From Candidatus Latescibacterota bacterium (lineage in GTDB: Bacteria > Latescibacterota > UBA2968 > UBA8231), in assembly GCA_965248355.1 (NCBI GenBank), contig OZ252098.1, positions 96,001-160,000 on the forward strand: a DNA stretch of 64,000 nucleotides, read 5' to 3'. Position numbers and translations under genes: made by a program. Below the pieces are notes generated by a model. It was given only the letters and a program-made list of their open reading frames with translations, was not told where the DNA came from and searched no databases. Below are positions 1 to 10,115 of this stretch, piece by piece; the first letter of the stretch is position 1; each line of letters starts with the position of its first letter.

Positions 1-146
1 AGGGCGCCGTCGCGCTGGTCGGCCGCCAGGAGCCGGTCGGTGGCCTCGTCGTACTGCAGGCCGTTGGGCTTGGCCGCGTCCTTCTCGAGGGTGAAGAGCA
101 CCTCCACCGAGGCCCGCCGCACCGGCACATAGGAAGGGGCCGCCAT
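1..146 (-). CDS. 5' part of a hypothetical protein (possible beta-propeller); runs off the window
   Basis: ATG at 146 overlaps the TGA of the upstream gene (TGATG coupling); reads MAAPSYVPVRRASVEVLFTLEKDAAKPNGLQYDEATDRLLAADQRDGA, open to the edge. Confidence 0.6.
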   Translation of the reverse strand, partial: MAAPSYVPVRRASVEVLFTLEKDAAKPNGLQYDEATDRLLAADQRDGA

Positions 147-1009
147 CAGTGGATCTCCACGCCGCCCTGCGCCGCGATGCGATGCGTGTTGGCCGCGGCG
201 AGGGGGTACTTCTCTTCCGGCAGATGCTCCAGGAGCATGTAGCCCTCGGGGCGGATCTCCTGCCAGCGCTGCAGCAGGTATCCCAGGTCGAGGTCGCCCT
301 CGCCCGGGACCTCCTCGTCCACGTGGCTGACGAAGCCGCCGCGCACGGCCGCGTCCTTGAGGTGGCCGCAGCCGGCGATGGGCCCCATGTGCGCGAAGAT
401 GCGGTCGATCCGGGGACGCGAGTCGTAGACCTGGTGCACGGCCTGGAAGTGGTTGGCGCAGTCCATGACCACGCGCAGGTGGTCGGACCCCACCTCGGCG
501 AGGAGGGAGGCGTTGGTCTCGGGTGAGTCCATGATCGTCAGCAGGTGGGTCTCGACGACCATGGTGACCCCCTCGGCCTCGGCCTTGGCGGCGATGCGGC
601 GCAGCGAGTCCAGGAGGCGGTCCCGGCACTCGGGTTGGTGGTTCGCCGGGCTGGGGGCGTAGGACCCGGCCGGGTTGAGACTGCCCGTGCGGATGAGGCA
701 GAAGTGGGCGCCGAGGGCCGCCGAGATCTCGATGCCGCGGCCGATCGTGCCGAGCTGACCCGTGCGCACGGCCTGGTCGGGATCGAAGAGGCATTGGGAG
801 TAGCCGATGCCGAATTGCACGAGGTCCATGCCGGCATCCTTGAAGAGGGCGCGCACGCGGGCGCACTGGTCCGGTGTGACATCGGCGAGGATCTCCCCCG
901 AGGCGTGGCTGCCGGCCCCGGTCAGTCCCAGCCCGGCGATGGCCGAGAGGTGTCCGGGGGTGATGTCGCGGAAATCGGCGGGCAGCAGGCCCACCACTCC
1001 GAGGCGCAT
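146..1009 (-). CDS. Sugar-phosphate isomerase/epimerase (xylose isomerase-like TIM barrel, AP endonuclease 2 family)
   Basis: 287 aa; metal-ligand pattern VVETH...VVMDCANH...GHLKD...VPGEGDLD...LLEH. Confidence 0.85.
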   Translation of the reverse strand: MRLGVVGLLPADFRDITPGHLSAIAGLGLTGAGSHASGEILADVTPDQCARVRALFKDAGMDLVQFGIGYSQCLFDPDQAVRTGQLGTIGRGIEISAALGAHFCLIRTGSLNPAGSYAPSPANHQPECRDRLLDSLRRIAAKAEAEGVTMVVETHLLTIMDSPETNASLLAEVGSDHLRVVMDCANHFQAVHQVYDSRPRIDRIFAHMGPIAGCGHLKDAAVRGGFVSHVDEEVPGEGDLDLGYLLQRWQEIRPEGYMLLEHLPEEKYPLAAANTHRIAAQGGVEIH

Positions 1010-1139
1010 GACGGGGCTCCAGGATCAGGGGAATCAGAAGGCGGAAAGGCCGACGAATAGTAAGCCGGCCCCGTAAGGCGGCCAAAGGCCGCGGCCCATC
1101 TTGGCACCTCGGGGGGAGGCCGGGTATCTTTGCCGCCCC

Positions 1140-1949
1140 ATGCCGGTGGCCCTCCAGCTTCTCGTGACCGTCGTCTCCGGACTCTACACCAGTCTGTGGG
1201 GCGCCTTCAAGGACTCTCCCTACGAGGGCTGGAAGCCGCGGATCTTCCCGCGCAGCATCTGGTTCCACCTCGCCCTCTTCGCCGTGCTCTGGCTGGTGCC
1301 GCCCTGGCGGGAGCGCCTCGCAGAGCTGAGCCTGTTCCAGTTGTTCTTCCTGATCATGGGGCTGGAGCGGTTCCTGGCCGAGATCTACAAGGGCTTCTTC
1401 CGCACCGAGGACCAGGAGAAGTACTTCGTCCCCTCGCGCATCACCTTCTTCGGCCGCCACGTGGACAGCGACCTGGCGCGCTATGCCGCGGGCGCGGCCA
1501 TCGTCGCCGCCGTCTTCGCCGTCCTCTGGATCGACGCGCCGGTGGAGCGGTTCTGGATGTTCCTGGTCACCGCCTACGGCACGGGCCTCCTCGTCTCCCT
1601 CGGCGGCGCCTACAAGGACGCCCCCTTCGAGGGCTTCCGGCCGTTGAAGTTCCAGCGCTCGGGGCTCGTGCTGGCCCTGCTCAGCCCCCTGTTCTGGTTC
1701 GCCAACCCTGCGGCGCCGGTGAGCCTCGGGTTCCTGATCTACATGAACGGCGGCCTCGAGCGCTTCGTCGTGGAGTACTACAAGACCTACGTGCAGCGCA
1801 GCATGTCCGGGAAGTTCCGCCCCGACCTGGAGCGCCGCGAGCCCGAGCTGCAAAGGCGGGAGCGCTTCCACTACGCGGCGCTGGTCATCGTCGCCGCCCT
1901 GGCGGCCCTCTACATCGTGGAGGCGGTGCTCCCCGGCGCGGGGGGGTGA
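1140..1949 (+). CDS. Uncharacterised integral membrane protein with internal duplication
   Basis: Many hydrophobic helices; duplicated motifs WGAFKDSPYEGW..F.RS / GGAYKDAPFEGF..F.RS and GLERFLAEIYK / GLERFVVEYYK; stop overlaps next ATG. Confidence 0.8.
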   Translation: MPVALQLLVTVVSGLYTSLWGAFKDSPYEGWKPRIFPRSIWFHLALFAVLWLVPPWRERLAELSLFQLFFLIMGLERFLAEIYKGFFRTEDQEKYFVPSRITFFGRHVDSDLARYAAGAAIVAAVFAVLWIDAPVERFWMFLVTAYGTGLLVSLGGAYKDAPFEGFRPLKFQRSGLVLALLSPLFWFANPAAPVSLGFLIYMNGGLERFVVEYYKTYVQRSMSGKFRPDLERREPELQRRERFHYAALVIVAALAALYIVEAVLPGAGG

Positions 1950-3451
1950 TGGCCTACGACGCCGTCGTCATCGGCTCCGGTTTCGGCGGCGCCTTCAGCG
2001 CCCTGGCCCTGACCGAGGCGGGGTTGCGGGTGCTGCTGCTGGAGCGCGGCCGGCCGGTGCGCCGCGACGCCGGCGACTGGGACCCGCGCCAGGTGCTCAT
2101 CGGCGACCGCTACCGCAGCACGTCGCCCGTGCAGGTGCGCCAGTACGGGGCGAGGCACCATTCGCCCCTGCGCCCCATGGAGATGCTGGGCGGCCACTCC
2201 GTGGTCTACGGGGGCGCCTCCCTGCGCCTGCGCGAGACCGACCTGGACCGTTGGCCCTTCGCTTACGAGGAGCTGGAGTCCCACTACACGCGGGCCGAGG
2301 CCCTCCTCGACGTGCACGGCCAGGCCGGCGCCGATCCCTGCGAGCCCCCGAGGTCGGCGGCCTATCCGCGGGCGCCCGTCCCCTGCACGGAGCCGGCCCT
2401 GCGGCTGCGCGCCGCCGCCGAGCGCCTCGGCTGGAGTCCCTTCCCCATCCCCCTGGCCCTCAACTTCTCCGACGAGACCCGCCCCTTGTGCATCCTGTGC
2501 AACACCTGCGACGGCTTCCCCTGCAAGATCGAGGCGAAGAACGACCTGGCGGTGACGGTGCTGCGCCGGGCGGGGGATCTGGGACTCGAGATCCTCGCCG
2601 GCGCGGCGGCCCTTCGCCTGCGCTTCGAGGGGGGCCGAGCCGCCGCCGTCGAGTTCGTCGACGTGGAGACCGGGACCGTCCGCGAGATCGAGGCGGACCG
2701 CTTCGTCGTCGCCGCCGGCGCCCTGCACTCGCCGGCGCTGCTGCTGCGCTCCGGTCTCGGCGGCGACGGTACCCCCGGGGGCCGTTGGATCGGCCGGCGG
2801 CTGATGCGGCACTGCAACGCCGTCGTGGCCGGCCTCTTCCGCGCGCCCACGAACCCGGGCCAGGTCTTCCACAAGCAGCTCTGCTTCACCGAGTTCTACG
2901 AGGACCTGCGCGCCGAGCTGGGCACGGCCACGGGCACCGTGCAGGACATCTACACGCCCGCGGCGGAGGTCATCCGCCACCACGCGCCCCCGGGCCTGAA
3001 GAGGATCGCGGGCTGGATGTCGGCCTTCATGCAGAACCTGCTGTGCGTCGCCGAGGACGACCCCCGCCCGGGGAACCGGGTGACCCTGTCCGATGAGACG
3101 GACCGCTTCGGCGCCAGGGTGCCGCGCGTCGATCACGAGTACACGGCCGCCGACCGCCGCCGGCGCGATCACCTCGTCGCCAGGGCCCGCCGGCTGCTCC
3201 GGGCGGCCGGAGCCTGGACCACGCGGGTCTACGAGATCGACACCTTCTCCCACGGCGTCGGCTCCGTGGGCATGGCCGCCGATCCCGACCGGGGGGCTCT
3301 GGATCCTCAGTGCCGGGTGTGGGGGACGGACAACCTGTGGGTCGTGGACGGCTCCTGCTTCCCCGCCAGTGGCGGCGTGAACCCCAGCCTGACCATCGCC
3401 GCCAACGCCCTGCGGGTGGCGCCGGCCATCGCCGGGCGGGAGCGGGGGTGA
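1949..3451 (+). CDS. GMC-family FAD oxidoreductase
   Basis: YDAVVIGSGFGG FAD motif, LLERG, Cys cluster CILCNTCDGFPC, C-terminal NLWVVDGSCFPASGGVNPSLTIAANALR. Confidence 0.9.
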   Translation: MAYDAVVIGSGFGGAFSALALTEAGLRVLLLERGRPVRRDAGDWDPRQVLIGDRYRSTSPVQVRQYGARHHSPLRPMEMLGGHSVVYGGASLRLRETDLDRWPFAYEELESHYTRAEALLDVHGQAGADPCEPPRSAAYPRAPVPCTEPALRLRAAAERLGWSPFPIPLALNFSDETRPLCILCNTCDGFPCKIEAKNDLAVTVLRRAGDLGLEILAGAAALRLRFEGGRAAAVEFVDVETGTVREIEADRFVVAAGALHSPALLLRSGLGGDGTPGGRWIGRRLMRHCNAVVAGLFRAPTNPGQVFHKQLCFTEFYEDLRAELGTATGTVQDIYTPAAEVIRHHAPPGLKRIAGWMSAFMQNLLCVAEDDPRPGNRVTLSDETDRFGARVPRVDHEYTAADRRRRDHLVARARRLLRAAGAWTTRVYEIDTFSHGVGSVGMAADPDRGALDPQCRVWGTDNLWVVDGSCFPASGGVNPSLTIAANALRVAPAIAGRERG

Positions 3452-4422
3452 AGCGGGTCGGGCTCTCCGGGTGCGGCCGCATCGGCCGCCTGCACGCCCG
3501 CAACCTGGCGCAGCGGGGGGTGGAGCTGCGCTTCCACAACCGCACGCGGGAGAAGGCGGAGGCCTTCGCCGGCGAGTTCGGAGGCCGCGTCTGCACCAGC
3601 TTCGCCGAACTGGTGGAGGAGAGCGACGGCGTGGTCGTCGCCACACCGCCGGAGATGCACGCCGAGCAGACCCTGCAAGCCCTGGCCGCCGGCACCCCGG
3701 TCCTCGTGGAGAAGCCCCTCTGCACCGCCGCCGAGGACCTCCTGCGCATCGAGGAAGCGGCCGCCGGGGCGCCCGGCGGAGCCTTCGTCATGGTCGCCGA
3801 GAACTACTACTACAAGCCCTCCCAGATCCTGATGCGGGAGATCGTCGCCTGGGACGGCGTCGGCGCCGTGCAGTCCATGCGGGTCAAGAAGCTCACCGGC
3901 CAGGAGTCCGAGGGCTGGAAGGCCGGGTACGGCGCCCTGCTGGAGGGCGGCATCCACTTCGTGGCCCTGATCTCCGACCTGGCCGACGCGGCCCTGGCGC
4001 GCCGGCAGGAGCCGGCCCCGGTGCGCGCGCCCCTCGAGGTGGAGGCCGAGTTCCCCACCGCCCGGCAGGGCTCCCCGGAGCGGCGCTGCCGGCTGACCCT
4101 GACCTACGAAGGCGGCCTCGAGGCCCAGCTGCTCTACGCCTGGGACCTGCCGACCCTGGGACGGGGGGTTTTCCAGCACTCCCGCATCGACGGCGCCGAC
4201 GGCCGTATCCTCTTCGAGAGCAACGGCATATACCTCCACGTGCGCGGCCCCGGCCGCAAGGGTCTCAGCCTTCCCGGCTTCGCCGACCTGATGGGGTACG
4301 GGCGCATGACCGACGACTTCCTCCTCTGCCTTTCCTCCCGGGAGGCGGAGCCGTACTCCAGCTTGGCGCGCGCTCGCCGCGACCTCGACATCGTCCATCG
4401 CGCTTACGAGCAGCTGCCCTGA
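3448..4422 (+). CDS. Gfo/Idh/MocA family NAD(P)-dependent oxidoreductase
   Basis: GLSGCGRIG Rossmann motif, VATPPEMH, VLVEKPL, GALLEGGIHF; GTG start overlaps upstream stop. Confidence 0.9.
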   Translation: MKRVGLSGCGRIGRLHARNLAQRGVELRFHNRTREKAEAFAGEFGGRVCTSFAELVEESDGVVVATPPEMHAEQTLQALAAGTPVLVEKPLCTAAEDLLRIEEAAAGAPGGAFVMVAENYYYKPSQILMREIVAWDGVGAVQSMRVKKLTGQESEGWKAGYGALLEGGIHFVALISDLADAALARRQEPAPVRAPLEVEAEFPTARQGSPERRCRLTLTYEGGLEAQLLYAWDLPTLGRGVFQHSRIDGADGRILFESNGIYLHVRGPGRKGLSLPGFADLMGYGRMTDDFLLCLSSREAEPYSSLARARRDLDIVHRAYEQLP

Positions 4423-4456
4423 GGTCCTTTCCCCGGGATGAAGAGAGAGAGGCGAC

Positions 4457-7400
4457 TCAGCGCAACAGGGTGAGCTTGCGGGTGTGGGCCCCGTCGGCGG
4501 TGACCAGCCGGTAGACGTAGACGCCGCTGGCCAGGCGGCGCCCCTGGTCGTCGCGGCCGCCCCAGTGGAGGCGGTGGAAGCCGGCCTTGTGCGGGCCATC
4601 GTGCAGCACCGCCACCCGCTGGCCGGTAAGGGCATAGACCTCCAGGCGGGCCGGACCCTGTTGCAGAAGGAACCAGGGGATCACGGTCTGGCTGTTGAAG
4701 GGATTGGGCGCGTTCTGCTGCAGCTGCGGCCCTTCGGGCAGGCCGATCCGGTCCCGGGCCAGGGCCATCAGCTTGGCCCGCGCCGACTGGCCGAAGCTCT
4801 CGGCGAAGAGGAAGAAGTCGGCGAAGTCGACCGAGCCGCTGGCGTCCAGATCGAAGCGGGGATCGGTGCCACCGAAGGCCTCCGCGAAGAGGAAGAAGTC
4901 GGAGAGACCCGTCACGCCGTCGCCATCGAAGTCTGGGGTAGCCTTGGCGGTGGCGGTGAAGCTCACGGGATCGAGGCCGGCCACGGTGACTTCGACGGTG
5001 TTGGCCCCTGGTTGCCGGCCCAGGGTCAGGGTGGTAGAGGCGAGGCCGTTGGTGTCGGTGGTGGCTCTCCTTGTCGAGAGCCGGCCTTGGCCCGCCTTGA
5101 CGGCAAAGGTGACGGTTGCGCCGGCCAGAGCCGAGCCGGCCTTGTCGAGCACAGAAACGACAAGGGGCTCGGCCAGGGTTGCCCCGCTCGGCCCTTCCTG
5201 GCCATCGCCGGAGAGCTTGGTGAGGGTCTGGGGAATCACTTTGACGAGGGCGATGAAGATCACTGGTTCAAGCCCGCCCACGGTCACCTTCACCATGTTG
5301 ATCCCCGGAATGCGGCCCAAGGTCAGGGTGCTGGAGGCACGGCCCTGGGCGTCGGTGGTGGCGCGGGTTACCGAGAGGGTGCCCCCGCCCGCAGTGACCT
5401 CAAAGGTGACTTGGGCGCCTTCGAGCAGATCGCCGTTCTGGTCTCTCACCAAGACGACAAGAGGCTTGGCCAAGGGGCCGCTGGGCAGTCCTTCCTGATG
5501 GTGGCCGGACAGCCGGGTCAGGGTCTCGGGATATCGAAGGGCAATCTGCGCATCCCATAAGAGGACCGTGCCATCGTATGAGGCGGAAGCGAAGATCGAC
5601 CCATCGGGGGAAAACGCCCCAGATGTAACCCTGGAGGTATGTCCTCTCAGTGTGGTGAGCATTCTTCCTGTGGCAACATCCCACAACTCGACCTCAACAC
5701 TTTCTCGTCCCCTCCGTTCCCAGGAAGCGCGGGTCCGGCCATCCGAGGAGAGTATCGCAGTCCAACTCGGTCCCTCTTCCACAATGCCGGTATGCGTACC
5801 TGTCGCGACATCCCAAAGCGTCCATCTGCCGTCCCCCAGTCCCGCGGCAAGGGTCTGTCCATCCAGAGAGAACTTGACAGAGTGGACCACGGCTGGTTGT
5901 TCCCTGTAGGTGGCGGTATTTTTTCCTGTGGCTATGTCCCACAGCTTTAGAGTGCGGTCATCGCTCGCCGAGGCGAGAGTGCCGTTGGGCGAGAAGGCCA
6001 GGGAACGGATGTAGTTCGTGTGCCCGGACAGGGTGGTGCCAACGCCTGTCGAAATGTCCACCAGTCTGATTTCATCCCACACGGCGGAGGCGAGTGTCCT
6101 TCCATCGGGCGAGAAGGCGACCGCACTGACTCCCTGTGAGTACTCTCTCAGCATCACGCGGTCCCGGGTCGCCAAGTTCCATACGCTCGTGCGGTCGGGT
6201 TGCCCCACGGCGATGGTTGTCCCGTCGGGGGAAAATGCCAGGGAGGGAATCGGGCCCGAATGCCCCTTGAGTGTTGCGGCACTCTGTGTCCCAAGGTCCC
6301 ACAGGGCCACTCTGGAGAGCCCCGAGGCGGCAATGGTCATGCCATCGGATGAAATCGCTACCGAACTGACCTCCCGTCCATGCTCCCTGCTTGCCACAAC
6401 CGTTCCCGTCCTCAGATCCCGCAGCCTGACCTTGCCACCAAACGTGCCGTAGGCGATTGTCGTGGCGTCCGCGGAGAAGACCACCGAAGAAACGGGTCGG
6501 GGCTGACCCCACCGGCTGATGTGCATGTAGCTGGCCATGTTCTCCCCCGTGGCTGCGTCCCAGAGCCTGAGCCTCCCATCACCCAGTCCGGCGGCAAGGG
6601 TCGTACCGTCGGGAGAGAAAGGCCACCGAGTACACCGGCGCGTGCCCTTCGATGATGGCGGTCGGCGTGCCTGCTTCAACGTCCCACAGCCGGATCGTGT
6701 TGTCGTTGACCCCCCCCGCCGAGGCGAGGATGGAACCGTCAGGGGAAAAGGCCACCGAAGTGACGGTTGCCGCATGCCCCCACAGAGTGTAGGTGTTCTG
6801 ACCCGTGGCTGTTTCCCACAGAAAGACCACCCCTTCGCCATACCTGAATCGGTAGGACCCAGAGGCCAGCACCGACCCGTCGGGGGAAAAGGCCAGCGAG
6901 GTGACCTGTCCCGGATGCCCCCTCAGAGTGGCGGCCTCCAAACCCGTGGCCATGTCCCACACCTTGACCGTCTGATCCCCCGAGCCGGTGGCCAGGGTGG
7001 TCCCGTCGGGGGAGAAGGCCACGGCCCTGACTGTGCCCTCATGCCCGGTGAACAGCGCCACTTCACGAGTTGTTGCCACATCATAGATCCATGCGCCAAT
7101 GCTGCCCGCCCCCGCGAGGTACCTGTCATCGGGCGAGAATGCAATCGCTCCAAGGCGGCCTTTGCCAAGGCGGGCAATGGCGCCATCGGGCAAGTGCCCC
7201 GTTTCATGGTCAACCACCGTTGCAGGGGGCGCGATTCCGGTGCCCTGCACACTGAATGCAACAGGCTCAAGCCCGGGAACCGACGCCTCTACCGTGACCG
7301 GTCCCGGGTCCGGCCCCAGGGTGAAAGTGGTCTGCGCCCGGCCCTTGGCATCGGTCGTTCTCTTCTCAACCGTGTACTTTCCACCAAGCCTTCCCTCACC

Positions 7401-9521
7401 GACCTGGATGGTGAAGATGACGACCACTCCTTCAATACCATTGCCGTCCTGATCCCTTACCTCAACAACAAAGGGATCAGCCAATGGAGTGCCCGTCCGT
7501 CCTTTCTGGGAATCGCCGCCGATCTTGGCCAGCCTTCGAGGGCGTCCTCCCATCCACTCGGACAGATCCCACAGCCTGACAGTGTGGCCCCCAAAACCTC
7601 CAGAGGCCAAGGTGAGCCCATCTGGTGAGAAGGCCAAGGACCGGACCCCTCCAGCAGGTTCGGAAAGAGTGGTGACCCTGCGGCGGGTCACGGTATCCCA
7701 CAGCTCGATCGTGCCAAAATTTTCTCCAGAACCGAAGGCAAGTGTGGCGCCATCGGGGGAAAACACCACCGAATGGGCTCCAGGCTGCACACTCGAGAAG
7801 CTGGCCGTGCTCCTGCCTGTGGTGATGTCCCACAGTCTGATCCTGTCGTCCCAGTAGGTCCCGGAGACGAGTGTGGAGCCGTCGGGTGCGAACGCCACGG
7901 CCTGCACGGTGCTCCTGTGGCCTGTAAGGGTGGCTACATTCTCTCCCGTCCTTACGTCCCACAGCTTGACCGTTTTATCCCATGCTCCGGAAGCCACAAA
8001 CAACCCATCGGGGGAGAACGCCACCGAACTGACCAGCCCGGTATGCCCTTCGAAGGTGGCGACATTCGCTCTCCTCTCCACGTCCCACAGCTTGACGCTT
8101 TGATCTCCTGACCCCGAAGCAAGACTCATCCCATCAGGCGAAAACGCCAGCGAGTTGATCACATCGGTATGCCCTTCCAGGGTGGCGGCAACCGCTCCTT
8201 TCTCCAAATCCCACAGTTCTATCGGGCCACCATGCGTCCCGGCGGCCAGGATGGTCCCCTTCGGAGAGAACGCAACCCTCGTGGGCCAGCCGGAAATGGC
8301 AGTACTCGTTCTCTTCTCCATGTCCCATAGCCTGATCGTGCGGTCATGGGCCACGGCGAGGGATGTCCCGTCGGGTGAGAAGGCTAGCGAGTGAACCGAT
8401 TGCCCAGGATCGCCCTCAAGCGTCGTTACACCTCTCAGTGTCGGAGAGGGACGCAGGATGATTCCAATGCGGCTCGTATTTCCGTTCCTGTCGACGGCGC
8501 GGACAGTAACCGGATGCACGTATGGGTCCGATAGACTCGTGCTGCCATCAGACGGATAGATACCAGTATACCCGAATTCGACAACAGCTCTGTGTTCTCC
8601 CTGAAATCCACGACAGGACACCAGTTCAGAAAAACCAGACGCGGGATGTGGGCTTCGTGTCCTGACCGACAGGAATGCCTGGTGCAGACCTCCTGGAGCG
8701 TCGACCGAGAGTTGAAGGGAGACTCTTGTTGCGCTCGCTGGGTATTCGGGACTCGAGAGGAGTTCGAGCGTCGGCCGTGACTCTTCCGTTGCAACATCCG
8801 CGGTGAAGTACGGATGGATGGCCAGGAATTCCGCAGCGCAGAAGGATAGCCGGTCCTGGTTTGCCCCATAGGACATCATGTAGGCCCCGTCCCTGAAGTC
8901 GTGCTTCAGACCGAAGGTGTGTCCAAGTTCGTGGGCAACCGATGTCCATCGAAATCCACCGGTAACCAAGAGGTCGCCCCTGTATTTTCCCCTGGACTCG
9001 GCCATTCCATTGGCGTACCTGTTGATCAGGTTCGTGCTATTGTCAATGACCAGGAGGTTGATGTGCCGTGCGTCAAGATCAAACACCTCGAAAACCTCAC
9101 TCATCGCGGTCTCAAAGGTGTCATCGAGATAGTGGCTATCGGGGTGTTGACCATCCAGGCGATGCACTACAGGCATGCCATCGGCATCTGTTTCGAAACG
9201 GAAAGTTCTGTTCCCGTATCCGTGAGCCTCCATCTGCTCGGAGAAAAAGGTCTGGACCTGGCGAATCGTGGTTCTCATGGAATCAACCACCTCTGGCCGA
9301 TACGGACGATCATTGGGCAGGAAGTAGATCATCCGCACGGTGCGTGGTTCGCCGGCGTGCAGGTTCGCCAGCCGCTTGGCAGCGGGGAAGGAGTCGGGTT
9401 CCTCCAGTTGGGAATCGGCTTGGAGGCAGATAAAGGTGCTATCGGCCGGGGAGGGCGAAGCATGGCCGGCCATGGGCGCGAGGAGGAAGGCCCAGAAGGC
9501 GGCATGAAGGAGGGTCTTCAT
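4457..9521 (-). pseudogene. Large secreted multidomain protein (metzincin-type Zn protease, WD40 propellers, Big_1-like Ig domains, EF-hand/dockerin-like pair, FlgD-Ig/T9SS-like CTD) split by a one-base frameshift near 6618
   Basis: Signal peptide MKTLLHAAFWAFLLAPMAGHA; HELGHTFGLKH plus YMMSY Met-turn; many GH..V.S.AFSPDG..LASG..D.T.KLWD repeats; ORFs 6579..10220 and 4457..6841 join if one base is removed from GTGGCCTTTCTCTCCCGAC; ends NAPNPFNSQT...SGVYVYRL...RKLTLLR. The frameshift could be an assembly error. Confidence 0.8.
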
Positions 9522-9794
9522 GCAGGCTCTTGGATCCTGGGAGCCATCGCAAGCCGACACATTGGTAGATGGATGCTGTGCCATAGGCGATAACACGCTG
9601 CGGCACTCACAGGTCCGGATGGAGGGCGCCGGATCCGGACACCCGGGCAGGGGGGCCCGGGTATCCCACCTGGGGAATGTCACAAACAGTAAAGCAGGCC
9701 GCCCTTCCACGCCATGTGGTGCGTTCCATCGGGAGCCGGGACATCGCTTACTTCCTTGCTGAAGGCTCCCTCCATTCCTACCGTTGGCCGGACT

Positions 9795-10115
9795 ATGCCG
9801 AACCGCAACTACTACAACGCACCCAGCCCGATTCACGGCACCGGCGTCTTCTCCGCGCGCCGGATCCCCCGCGGCGAGTTGATCGGCGTTTACACCGGGG
9901 TCACCACCAAGCGCGACGGCACCTACGTCCTGTGGGTCGAGCGCGGCGACGGCAAGACGGTCGGCCGGCGGGGCCGCAGCGGGCTGCGCTTCCTGAACCA
10001 CTCGGGCAAGCCCAACGCCGAGTTCGACGGTGACCGCCTCTACGCCCGGCGCGTCATCCCCCAGGACGAGGAGATCACCTTCCACTACGGAGAGGAGTGG
10101 GAAGATGTTCCCTGA
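9795..10115 (+). CDS. Minimal SET-domain protein (putative protein-lysine methyltransferase)
   Basis: SPIHGTGVFSARRIPRGELIGVYTG, RFLNHSGKPNA, EEITFHYG; 106 aa with no post-SET cysteines. Confidence 0.85.
   Translation: MPNRNYYNAPSPIHGTGVFSARRIPRGELIGVYTGVTTKRDGTYVLWVERGDGKTVGRRGRSGLRFLNHSGKPNAEFDGDRLYARRVIPQDEEITFHYGEEWEDVP

Noticed and set aside
5540-8400. Repetitive DNA as a CRISPR array or DGR template/variable repeat
   Set aside because: The repeats are degenerate coding WD40 units; no constant repeat-spacer structure and no cas or reverse transcriptase gene in the window
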